DNA of 64,000 bases. Source: an uncultured bacterium (GTDB taxonomy: Bacteria > Verrucomicrobiota > Verrucomicrobiia > Limisphaerales > UBA8199). The stretch covers positions 864,001 through 928,000 of the forward strand of contig CAVVMW010000021.1 in the NCBI GenBank assembly GCA_963749495.1, given 5' to 3'. A program made the position numbers and the translations under genes. Below the pieces are notes generated by a model. It worked only from the letters and a program-made list of their open reading frames with translations, ran no database searches and was not told where the DNA came from. This document shows, in pieces, positions 28,902 through 39,100 of the stretch (position 1 is the stretch's first letter; each line of letters opens with the position of its first letter).

Positions 28902-31421
28902 TCAGCCCGCCCGCTTCGTTAAGGGCTTCGGTTTGACCTGGACTGGCGAGACCTTCCAGATGCGTTCGGCATATTCGCGGATGGCGCGGTCGGAGGAGAA
29001 GTAGCCGATGCGGGCCACGTTCAGAATGGACTTCCGGGTCCAGTCCCTTTGGTCCTGGTAGGCCAGGCTGACCTGCTGCTGGCACTCGATGTAGCGGCGG
29101 TAGTCGGCCAGGAGGATGAAGTGGTCGTGGTCCAGCAGGGCCTCGACCAGGGGCCGGAACAGGTCCGCATTACCCTGGGAAAAGAAGCCGGAGGCGATTT
29201 GGTCGAGGGCTTCTTTGAGTTCGGAGTCGGACTCGTAATAATCGCGAGGGCGATAGCCGCGCGCGCGCAACTCGACCACTTGCGCGGCCGTGAGCCCGAA
29301 GAGGAAGAAGTTGTCGTGGCCGACCTCGTCCCGGATTTCGATGTTCGCGCCGTCCAGGGTGCCAATGGTCAGGGCGCCGTTCATGGCGAATTTCATGTTG
29401 CCGGTGCCGGAGGCCTCGAGGCCGGCGGTCGAGATTTGCTCGGAGAGGTCGGCGGCGGGATAGACCCAGTGCGCCGTCTTCACGTTGAAGTTGGGGAGGA
29501 AGACCACCTTGAGCCGGCCACCCAGGGCGGCATCCTGGTTGATGACGTCGGCGACGCTGTTGATGAGCTTGATGATGAGTTTGGCGAAATAGTAGCCCGG
29601 GGCGGCTTTGCCGCCAAAAACGAAGGTGCGGGCCGGGGCAGCGAGGTCGGGCTGTTTGCGCAGCCGATTATACAGGGTGATGATGTGGAGCACATTCAAG
29701 TGCTGGCGTTTGTATTCATGGAGGCGCTTGACCTGGATGTCGAACAGGGTGTCGGGAGCGGCCTGGATGCCCGTGCGGTGGAGAATCAACTCGGCCAGGG
29801 CACTCTTGTTCCGGCGCTTGATTTGGCGCCACTCCTCCTGGAAGGCGGGGTCGTCGGCAAAGGCCTCCAGGCCGCGCAGTTGGTCGAGCTCTTTGACCCA
29901 GCCCTCGCCAATGCGGCGGGAGATGGCCTCGGCCAGGAGGGGGTTGCTCAGGAGCAGGAAACGGCGCGGGGTGACCCCGTTGGTGACATTGGTGAAGGCC
30001 TCCGGCGCGAAGTCGTGGAAATCCTTGAGGACGCCGGTCTTGAGCAGGTCGCTGTGCAACCTGGCGACGCCGTTGATGGCATGGCTGCCGACACAGGCCA
30101 AGTGCGCCATGCGGACATAGCGGGGACCGGTTTCATCGATGAGAGACAGGCGGGCGAGGCGGGCTTCGTCGCTGGGGTAGCGCTGGCGGACCTGGTCGAG
30201 GAAGCGGCGGTTGATTTCGTAAATGATTTCCAGGTGGCGCGGCAGGAGCGCGCCGAACAGGGGCACCGCCCAGCGTTCCAAGGCCTCGGGCATCAAGGTA
30301 TGGTTGGTATAGCTCAAGACCCGGCGGGTGATGCTCCAGGCCAGGTCCCAGCCCAAGAGGTGCTCATCGACCAGCAGGCGCATGAGTTCCGCCACCGCGA
30401 TGGCGGGGTGGGTGTCGTTGAGTTGGACGGCGAATTTCTCGTGGAAATGCTCGAGGGACGTGGCGCGCTGCCGGTAGAGCCGGATCATATCCTGCAGCGC
30501 GCAGGAGACGAAGAAATACTGCTGTTGGAGGCGGAGTTGCTTGCCCTGGGGCGATTCATCGTTGGGATAAAGCACCTTGGTGATGTTCTCCGAAACCACC
30601 TTGGCCAGGACCGCGCCGTAGTAATCCCCGGTGTTGAAGGCCTGGAAGTCGAAAGATTCCACCGCCTCAGCCTTCCAGAGCCGCAGGAGGTTGACCGTAT
30701 TGGTGTGGTAGCCCAGCACTGGCGTGTCGTAGGCCGTGCCGCGCACGACCCGATCCGGTATCCAGCGCACCCGGTAGTTGCCATCTTCGAGGTAGGATTC
30801 GGTGCGGCCGCCAAACTTAACGTCGAAGATGATTTCCGGCCGGGGGATTTCCCAGGGGTTGCCCAGGCGAAGCCATTTGTCCGTCAGTTCGATCTGCCAG
30901 CCCTCGCGGAGGGCCTGGGCAAAGATGCCGAACTCATAGCGCAGCCCATAGCCGAGGCTGGGAATGCCCAACGTTGCCAGGGAGTCGAGGAAGCAGGCCG
31001 CCAGGCGGCCCAGGCCGCCATTGCCCAGACCCGGCTCTTCCTCCTGGTCCAGGAGCAGTGCCAGGTCGAGCCCGACCTCGTCCATCGCAGCCCGGACTTG
31101 GGGCAAGAGGCCCAGGTTGACCAGGTTGTTGCCCAGTTGCGGCCCGAGGAGAAACTCGGCGGACAGATAGCACACCGAGCGGCTGCGCAGCTCGTAATAG
31201 GTTTTGGCCGTCGTGGCCCAGAGCTGCAGGAGACGGTCGCGCACGGCATAAGCCAGGGCCATGTATTTGTCGTTCATGGTGGCAACTTCGGGGAACCTGG
31301 CCTGGAGGTAAACCAAGTTGTCGCGCACGGCCTGCGCGATAGTGCCCGGGCTGAGGCCGGTGCGGGGATCTTCAGTCTCGCGCGGGCTGACTGGCCGAGG
31401 GGATGGTTGAGTCTTTTTCAT
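28902..31421 (-). CDS. glgP: Glycogen/starch/alpha-glucan phosphorylase (GT35)
   Basis: GLGNGGLGRLAACFLDS, LNDTHP, YTNHT, NGVTPRR, QVKRLHEYKRQ and EASGTGNMK (PLP lysine). Confidence 0.97.
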   Translation of the reverse strand: MKKTQPSPRPVSPRETEDPRTGLSPGTIAQAVRDNLVYLQARFPEVATMNDKYMALAYAVRDRLLQLWATTAKTYYELRSRSVCYLSAEFLLGPQLGNNLVNLGLLPQVRAAMDEVGLDLALLLDQEEEPGLGNGGLGRLAACFLDSLATLGIPSLGYGLRYEFGIFAQALREGWQIELTDKWLRLGNPWEIPRPEIIFDVKFGGRTESYLEDGNYRVRWIPDRVVRGTAYDTPVLGYHTNTVNLLRLWKAEAVESFDFQAFNTGDYYGAVLAKVVSENITKVLYPNDESPQGKQLRLQQQYFFVSCALQDMIRLYRQRATSLEHFHEKFAVQLNDTHPAIAVAELMRLLVDEHLLGWDLAWSITRRVLSYTNHTLMPEALERWAVPLFGALLPRHLEIIYEINRRFLDQVRQRYPSDEARLARLSLIDETGPRYVRMAHLACVGSHAINGVARLHSDLLKTGVLKDFHDFAPEAFTNVTNGVTPRRFLLLSNPLLAEAISRRIGEGWVKELDQLRGLEAFADDPAFQEEWRQIKRRNKSALAELILHRTGIQAAPDTLFDIQVKRLHEYKRQHLNVLHIITLYNRLRKQPDLAAPARTFVFGGKAAPGYYFAKLIIKLINSVADVINQDAALGGRLKVVFLPNFNVKTAHWVYPAADLSEQISTAGLEASGTGNMKFAMNGALTIGTLDGANIEIRDEVGHDNFFLFGLTAAQVVELRARGYRPRDYYESDSELKEALDQIASGFFSQGNADLFRPLVEALLDHDHFILLADYRRYIECQQQVSLAYQDQRDWTRKSILNVARIGYFSSDRAIREYAERIWKVSPVQVKPKPLTKRAG

Positions 31422-31514
31422 GGATGTCAAAACGCGTGAACTTTGGCGCGATTAGGGGTGGCGGCGGTTGGGTTAACGCCGATAGGGTCCAGGGTCTTTT
31501 CGATCATGGTCGCC

Positions 31515-34499
31515 TCACTTGTTGGCCGGTGCGAGGCGCCGCAGCTCCTCGAACCAGTTCTGGACGAGGACCATTTCCGTCAAGGGCTGGGCCTTTCTTT
31601 CCTCGAGTTTCACCATCAGGAATCGCTCCCCGTCAGGCGAAATGTCCCAGCAGCGAATTGGATTACCTCCTCCGTATGCCGCTAGCTGCTCGAACAAGAG
31701 ATTCGGCTTGCCGGCAGAAAAACCGGAGCCGGTCTGGACATCAACGACCCAGACTTGAGTCAGGTTCTGACCTTCCATCGCTGCCGCCCGATAAAACAAG
31801 TGTTTCCCGTTACGCGCCCAGAGGGGCTGGTTTCCTCCCTGATTGGATATTTGCCACTTGCCCTTACCCGCGGGAACGGACTGAACATATACTTCGGGGC
31901 GCCCTGATTCGCCCGAAACATAGGCCATCCACCGTCCATCAGGCGAGAACTCCGGACACCATTCAAAGAAGCGAGAGTTCAGATAGGGCGTGGACCGGCG
32001 GTCACGGACCTTAAGCAGAAGAATATGGTACTCGATGTCTGCTTCCACGAAAGCGAGCGTTTCTCCATCCGGAGACCACGATCCGGGAAATTGGTTGTAA
32101 TCACTCTGTGTGAGCCGTTCCATTGGCGAGCTTCCGTCAGCAGACTGCCAATAAAGATTGTTGACGCCTGTCTTGAGCCAGCCAAAGACCACTCGCTGGC
32201 CATCCGGGGACCAGGCAACGTGTTTTGCCGCACCTTCGGAGGTCAGTTTGGTCGCCGTGCTGCGACTCAGATCATAGACCCAGACGCATTTTTCCAATCC
32301 ATAGGACAAGTAGGCGATCCGCTGGCCATCGGGTGAAAGGTGTGGAGCAAAAAACGGAGCTGTAAACGGCGCAACCTTTTCGGCCTTGCCCTGGCGATCC
32401 ACCCAAACCAGTGAGTTGTGCATGTCCGGCACGATTCCCCCCAAGGCATAAACCAACAATCCTGAGCCGGAAATACTGAATTGGCCAGCGGCAGCGTCAA
32501 GAGAACCACTCCCGGTATTGAGTGCCTGTGCGATGTTCTCCACCGCCGCCACCGGCTGTCCGGTAATATCAAGTCTATCCGGATCAAATGGGATGACCAG
32601 CAAGGTCCCCTGCCGGAGGAAAGCCAGGTGACCGGTCATAACATAGCGGGCATCCGCCGCGTTTTCGAGCAACACGCGCCATTTTCGCGTCGCCAGTTCC
32701 AAGACCGCAACACGGGGCTGCGGGTCCCAGGGGTGCCGCTTGATGGTAAACAGGATTCCTTTTCCGCCAGGCAGGCAGCAGGGCAGGTGGTGAGCGACTT
32801 CCTCCTTTGACTGGTCGGCCCTCGTCAAAATCTCGACCTTTCCGCCAGCAGCGGAAATCCTGGATAACCCAGACTGGTCTCCCGACCCGAAGATGATCTG
32901 GTTGTCTGCCCCCCAACTGAAGCCGCAGGGCAGTGAGACATCGCACAAAACGGTCGGAACTCCACCCTCCACCGCGACCTTCATCAGCTTACTGTCCGCC
33001 CAGAACCCGACCCAACGGTCATCAGGCGAGAGGAAGGGACTGCAACCGCCTACCGTCCCCGCGATGGGCTTGGCTTCCAGTCGGTCGAATTTCCGCAGGT
33101 ACAGGCGAGACTTGTCCTGTGCCCCGGGATTCTCCTTGACCGCGCTATAGACCATGAAACCACCATCGCTGGAGATGGCCATGGCCGTCCGTGTCGGATG
33201 GTCAAATCCGTAGGGAGCACTCCGACGCAATCCATCAAGGCAAAATCCCGGTTCCAACCTGACGAGTGAGCGCACGGCGGGCTGCACCACGCGGGAGGGC
33301 CCGGGCTTCAAGCAGTGCATCAGTGCGGCGCCCCCCCACAGCGCGAGGCCAAGAATGACCAGGCCTGCCAAAGTCAGCCGGCCGCGTGCGAACGGCCGCG
33401 ATTCGCGCAACCGTTCGCTCGGCAGCCATTCCTGCTCCTGCATCTCGATCCGCGCATCGCCGATGTCACGGAGACGTTCCTTCGGGTCTTTCTGCAGGCA
33501 TCGATGCAGCAGGTCCTTTACCTTCCAAGGCGTGGCAGCCGGCAAGGCCTGCCAGTCCGGCTCGCCCTTGAGAATCGCGGCAAAGATTTCCGTTATGGTC
33601 TCGCCCGCAAACGCCTTTTCTCCGGTGAGACACTCGTAGAGAATGCAACCGAAGGCCCAGATGTCGGTGCGCTTGTCCAGTGGTTTGCCTGTCGCTTGTT
33701 CTGGACTCATGTAAGCGGCAGTTCCGAGAATCGCGCCGGGGTGGTTCATCTGCTCCGTCAGCGTCGAAGCTCGGCGAGATCGTCCGGCAGCGGTTCCCGG
33801 CAGAACTCCTTGGCCAGCCCAAAATCCAGGATTTTGACCTTGCCATCCGGTGTGATCTTGATGTTCGCAGGCTTCAGGTCGCGATGGAGAATCCCTTTCT
33901 CATGCGCCGCCTCCAGTCCTTCGGCAATCTGCCGGCAGAGACCGAGCGTCTCCTCCGGTGGAGTACGCCCTCGCTGCAGTCGCTCGGCCAGCGTCTGGCC
34001 CTCCACCAGTTCCAGAACCAGAAAGCGCGTCCCTTCCGATTCCTCCAGCCCATGAATGGTGGCGATGTTAGGATGGTTCAGTGCCGCCAACATCCGCGCT
34101 TCCCGTTCCAGGCGCGCCAACCTCTCGGCGTCGAAGCTGGATTGCGCCGGCAGCACCTTCAAGGCCACCGCCCGCCGCAGCCTCTGGTCCCGAGCCCGGT
34201 AAACCTCTCCCATCCCGCCTGCCCCGATCAATGCCTCCACCTCGTAGAGGCCCAACCGCGTCCCAACGAGCGAAGCTTTGCCCGGCTTGCGCCCAGGCGC
34301 CAGGCCCAACGGCTCGGCTCCCGGCTGGGCAGGGACAAAGGCCGTAGCCCGACGCGTTTCCACCATCGACTCGACCTCCCGGCGCAGGTCCTCATCCTCT
34401 CCACAGGCCTGTTCTCAAAAAGGCAGCTTGATTCTCCTGGGGCTGCTCCAGGAGTGCCCTGCAGATTTCTTCAGTCTCCTTCGAACGATCAGGCTTCAC
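31515..34499 (-). CDS. Ser/Thr kinase with TM helix and TolB/PD40-like beta-propeller (two frameshifts, near 34412 and 33768)
   Basis: Reconstructed N-terminus [19 protein letters not shown]...[52 protein letters not shown] repeats; ends VQNWFEEL. Confidence 0.85.
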
Positions 34500-34580
34500 G
34501 GGAGATGCTCCGTCTCATCACCTTTTGAGCCGGGCCCATCGCAGGCACCCCTCCACTGAGAGCATGTCCGAGAAATGGTG

Positions 34581-34630
34581 GTGGCAGGGGCGTCTCGCCC
34601 CTGTCTTCTACGGGCGAGACGCCCGAGCCA
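34581..34630. repeat. REP doublet
   Basis: GTGGCAGGGGCGTCTCGCCCCTG ... CGGGCGAGACGCCCGAGCCAC inverted pair. Confidence 0.6.
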
Positions 34631-34813
34631 CAATTATTCGGACACGCTCTAACTTGGACTCCAAGATCGCCGTCCAACGGACTTGCTGCCCTTATTTCAA
34701 GAGGGCCAATGACACGGCAGGAAGTCCAGGCGCCCATGAGGGGAGCTTAAAACCCTGCCTCGGAAAGTCAATCGCCAATCCCGCGCCCCAGGCTAATGAT
34801 TGGTAAGGCCTCA

Positions 34814-34931
34814 GAAGGTGTGAAAAAATCGTTTTGTGGCGCCAAGGGCCGCAAGAAATCTTCAAAATCCCCAGGAAAACAGGGGGATGTTTTTGGGGAT
34901 GATGCCCGTTTTGGCATTTTTTCACACCTTC
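34814..34931. mobile_element. 118-bp MITE with 16-bp TIRs and an apparent TCA target duplication
   Basis: tca-GAAGGTGTGAAAAAAT ... ATTTTTTCACACCTTC-tca. Confidence 0.75.
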
Positions 34932-34987
34932 TCAGGGAAAGCGGGAGCGCCACTGGGCGCATCTGCCAAGAACCACCACGGGAGAGG

Positions 34988-35210
34988 CAACCCGGAGGGT
35001 TGCCAAAAGGTAGCCGGGGGTCGCGGCCTCGCCGCGACCCCCGGTTGACTGCGTTCGAGGGTCCTGCACCCCGGATGGGGTGCCAGAAAGGAGCGTCCGT
35101 GCGGGTCAGCCTCTGGCATCCCTCCGGGATGCAAACGCACGCCGCCGCTTGACCGGGGGTCTCGCTGCGCTTCGACCCCCGGCTTACCTTCTCTCATCCC
35201 TCCGGGATGA
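34988..35210. repeat. REPIN-like palindromic array downstream of the transposase
   Basis: AACCCGGAGGGTT, CCGGGGGTC...GACCCCCGG and CATCCCTCCGGGATG hairpins in mirrored arrangement. Confidence 0.75.
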
Positions 35211-35236
35211 GCTGCAGCCTCGCGGCCGCCTTCGCA

Positions 35237-35681
35237 TCAGAGCAGACACTTTGGATCGGTACTCGACGCCGTGCTTCTCCAATAGCTCGATCAACTCCTC
35301 CTTGAAACTTTTCTTCCGATGGTGCTCCAACTGGCGCTCGATGTAACGGTCCACCCTTTCAACCAGGCTCGCGCTCACGGCGAAGATCGAGTAGCCCTCC
35401 TGCCACGCGAACTGGGGTTCGCAACTCTCGCCTGCCCATTTGGAAGTCGCTTTTTTCAGCTCACGCGTGAAGTCTGCAATGCAGTGCGTAGGCTTGAGCC
35501 CGATGAGTCCGTGGACGTGGTCTTCGACCCCCCCGACCTTGAGTGCCACGCCTCCCAGGCCACGCACTGCGCCGCCGAGATACTCGAAAAAACGCCCCCG
35601 CCACTCGGCCCGCATGCAAGGGCGGCGATCCTTTGTCGAGCAAATCCAATGGTAATGAAGGCTGTAGTACGTGGAACCCAT
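35237..35681 (-). mobile_element. tnpA: IS200/IS605-family Y1 transposase (TnpA, RAYT-like)
   Basis: STYYSLHYHW.CSTK.R, HUH motif EDHVH, WQEGY, YIERQLEHH. A 1-nt indel near 35259 restores the ending VEYDPKCLL*. Confidence 0.88.
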
Positions 35682-35752
35682 GCCGCGAGCATAGCCCGCC
35701 GGCTCAGGTGCGTAAACAGGAATTCGGCTCGCTGGGCGTCACTGCGGGCGGA

Positions 35753-35928
35753 CCCCTCACCCCGGCCCTCTCCCCACCCGCTGCGAGGGCGCGGCAGCGC
35801 GGCGAGTCGGATGGGGAGAGGGAGAATTCTCCGCAGCCGCTCGAGGGACCAGAGATGCCCGGAAGTACAAGAGACTGCCGACACTTCTCCCTCTCCCCGT
35901 CGGACGGGGAGAGGGTTGGGGTGAGGGG
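35753..35928. repeat. REP doublet of the CCCCTCACCCCGGCCCTCTCCCC type
   Basis: CCCCTCACCCCGGCCCTCTCCCC...GGGGAGAGGGAGA and the inverted TCTCCCTCTCCCC...GGGGAGAGGGTTGGGGTGAGGGG. Confidence 0.75.
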
Positions 35929-36197
35929 TCCGCCGGGGACTCTGTTTCCGCCTTCACTGACCGGCTACTTGCGTCGGGTTTTTCACTTGCACTGCGCTGC
36001 CGGTGCTGGAACTATTGCCTGAGTTCCCAGGAAACGCGTCAGGACCGCAGGCTGTTGGCGCGGCCGCTCTGGCTGTGGGGTCATCGGATAACTGACTCAG
36101 CAAGGCAGGCAGAGCACGCCGAAGAAGGTGGCTGACGACAAATGGGGTTGGCCCGGCACACGGTGGAGTTGCGGGCCCCCGTGCCAGAAATGCTCTG

Positions 36198-39100
36198 ATG
36201 ATTGCAAGCCGCCTGATTCGATGGTGGGTGAGCACGGTGGTGCTGACCGCAATTCCCACCCTGTCCGCTGGGCAGCAAGCCCAAACCGCGGCAGGCGCAG
36301 AACCAGCCGGCGCCTGGAATCGGGACGTGGCGGCCCGGGCCGCCGTCCTCTTCCAGCAACTCCCGGCCACCGTTTTCCACTATGAGGATCTGCCGGAAGC
36401 CGAAGCAACTCGGTTGCTGCGGGCCGGAGCCGCCTATCGGCGGTTGATCCGCGAAAAACTGGAGGGGAAATGGTTCGCGGCTTTGGTGGCGGCGGAGGAT
36501 TCCGAATCGTATGCTATCCGGGCTCGATTTGAGACCTGGCGGGAGTTGCTGGAGTTTCTGGCGGAAGAGAACGCGTTGGTCGAGGTTTGGGCTTGCACGG
36601 AAGCCGGCACCGCCAAGGCGCGCCGGCTGCACGGCGGGGGAGTTGGCTGAACTCAAGCATCAGGCGCACGAGCCGCCCACCGTGACCACCGTGACCTGGC
36701 GGGAGGCTGGGGCAGGCCGAACGGTGAGTTGCAACCTCGAGTTCGGCTTCCAGGCTGCCGAAACCGTGCGCGCCGCCAATGAGGCCTACCAGCGTCATCG
36801 GCGTTACCAACTCAGCGCACAGCGGGCGCTGGGCGCCCGCAACGCCAAGGGGCTGCCCGACGCAGTTGCGCAATGGGAGGCGCTCCAGGCGGAAATTCAG
36901 GCCGAGCACCTGCCGGTGGCGACGCTCCCGCCCTGGCCCGCCGGCTCGAGGACCTCTTCGTCGCGGTCGAGTTCGAAGTGGATGAGCGGAACAACTTCGT
37001 CAAGGTGAATGGTTTCTACCGCGGCAGCGAAGTGGGCAAACAGGTCATCGCCGGAACCCAAGTTCTGTTTCTCCAGCGCGCAGGGGCAAGAGCTCGGCGG
37101 CAAGTCATGGGGTTTCGTTCGCCGGTGGGCGGCGGGCCGTTGGAGCCCGTGGCCAACCCGCTCCTGGGCCGGGACGTGGTGGAACTGCGGGTGAAGGACC
37201 CGGCGCAAGGCGACCCGAAGCAGTGGCCGGTGGTGGAGTTTGGCGAGCCTGAGGTGTTGAAGCAATCCGCCCTGGCCCACTTCGCCCAGCTCAATGCCTA
37301 CCTGGAGCGCCAGCAGCTCTCGCAACTCATGAAGCAGGCCAACCTGGCCCTGGTCGCCGAGCCGATCATTGCCGCGTTGAATATCGGCGGAGGGATAGCG
37401 GGCTTGGGTTTTCCCGCCGGAGAAGCCGCCCGGCTGCCCTACAACCTGATCACCTGGAAGCTCATCGCCAGCGTGCCCTCGGCCAAACAGATGCGCGAGC
37501 TCTTCGCGGTGATGGCGGCGCGGGACCGAAATCCGCAGGTGAAGGTAAAGCCGGAGCGCTACTTGAGCCGGCAGGACATTCGGGTGTTGCAGGAGGCCGG
37601 GCGCAAGCTCACGGACCAGGAGGTTCAGACCTACCTTGAAACCATGAGTGAGGAGGACATTCGCGCGATGCTCCGCCTGGCCCGGCAGGGAATGTTCGAC
37701 GCCAAAGTGACCACCTTCCTCAACCAACTCACCAGCGCCTTCAAAGTAAGCGGCCTCGCGGATGAGGCCGGACCGATTCGGGACATTTTCAACAACGTCC
37801 GGTTCGCGGTCAACGGCGACATCAATTTGAGCACGTTGCTGCTGATCGCGCTGGACCGACGAGGAATGACCCCGCTCGCCGGCGTGTCGCTCGAGCAACT
37901 GAGCCGCGGGCAGGGTCCGGCCGAGGCCTGGTTCCAATACCTCCTGGTCAGCGTCAATGTCCGCGCCGTGCTCAACACCCTGGTGCGCCTGACCAAGCCG
38001 ACCTACGCCAAGAAGGAACTGGAGATGCCCTTCCCTTACGCGCCGCGGCTCACCGACTTGGCGGCTTACGAAGTGCGGATTTTTGGGTTTCCGCTGCTGA
38101 TGTTCTACAAGCGGGGCCTGATCAAAGCCGATCGGGATGCTTACGAACAGGACTATGCCTTTGGTTTGCGCGGGGTAAGACTGGTGGAGCACTTCCGCAC
38201 GCGCGAGGAGATGGAGGCCGAGATTCAGGCGGGCCGGATGTTCCCGTTGGGCCTGGTGCGAGTGCCCTCGGCCAAGGGGGGCTGGAAAGAGACCGACCTG
38301 GTGGTCTATGCGCATCGGATTCCAGCGGGCAAGCATCGGGGCAAGACGGCCTTGGTCATTTACGGACTCAAGGCCTATGCGGAGTATTCGGAGCTCATCG
38401 CGCGCGACCTGATCCGTTTTCGCCAATATGAACGTGGATTGCGGGAGGGGGCCGTCATCGAACAAATAATCCGAGAGTCGGGGGCGGGGGCCTCACCGGC
38501 GACCGCCTTCGAGCCCGTGATCCACGCGGGGCCCGAAGCGGTGCAGTCGTTTTATGACCCCCTGTTTGGGGCCCTGCTCGAGGTGCGGCGCAACCGGCTG
38601 CGGCAGTCCTGGGGGCTGCCGGCCGATGAATCGGCATTGAACCGGGCGCAACAGGAACTGGCCTCGCGTGGCGTTCGCCTCGGGCCAGGCGACCCGTTGG
38701 CGAAGGTGGATGCTCACAACAGCAGCTTCATTTACCGCCGGCAAGTCGCGGGCCGGGAACAGCAGGTCCGAGTAACGCACATTCCCAGCCTGGCCGAGGT
38801 TGACTCGGAAATGCAGAAGTCCGAGGAAGGAAAAGTGATCGAGGAACTGCGGCGTGAAGCGGCCGCGGGTCGGAGCGCCGGCGTCGTGCTGTTGAATGAG
38901 GTCCGGGAAGTGGGCGGGCGCCTCGAATTGGGGCCTCTGTTGCGCAATGCGCGGGGACAGGTGGCCGGGGCGGGGGTGGCCAGCGGGGCGAAGGCGGTGG
39001 CGGAGGTTTTCGAGCTGATCAACCGCCTGCCCGTCGCGGACCGCACGCGGTTACAGGCCAATCACTTTGCGGCCACGGCGGTCGAACTGGACCGCGAGGG

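Noticed and set aside
29049..31439. 796-aa ORF antisense to glgP (and similar shadows at 6367..8388, 57692..59374, 41229..43019)
   Set aside because: Antisense mirrors of well-supported genes, expected at high GC; no recognisable motifs.
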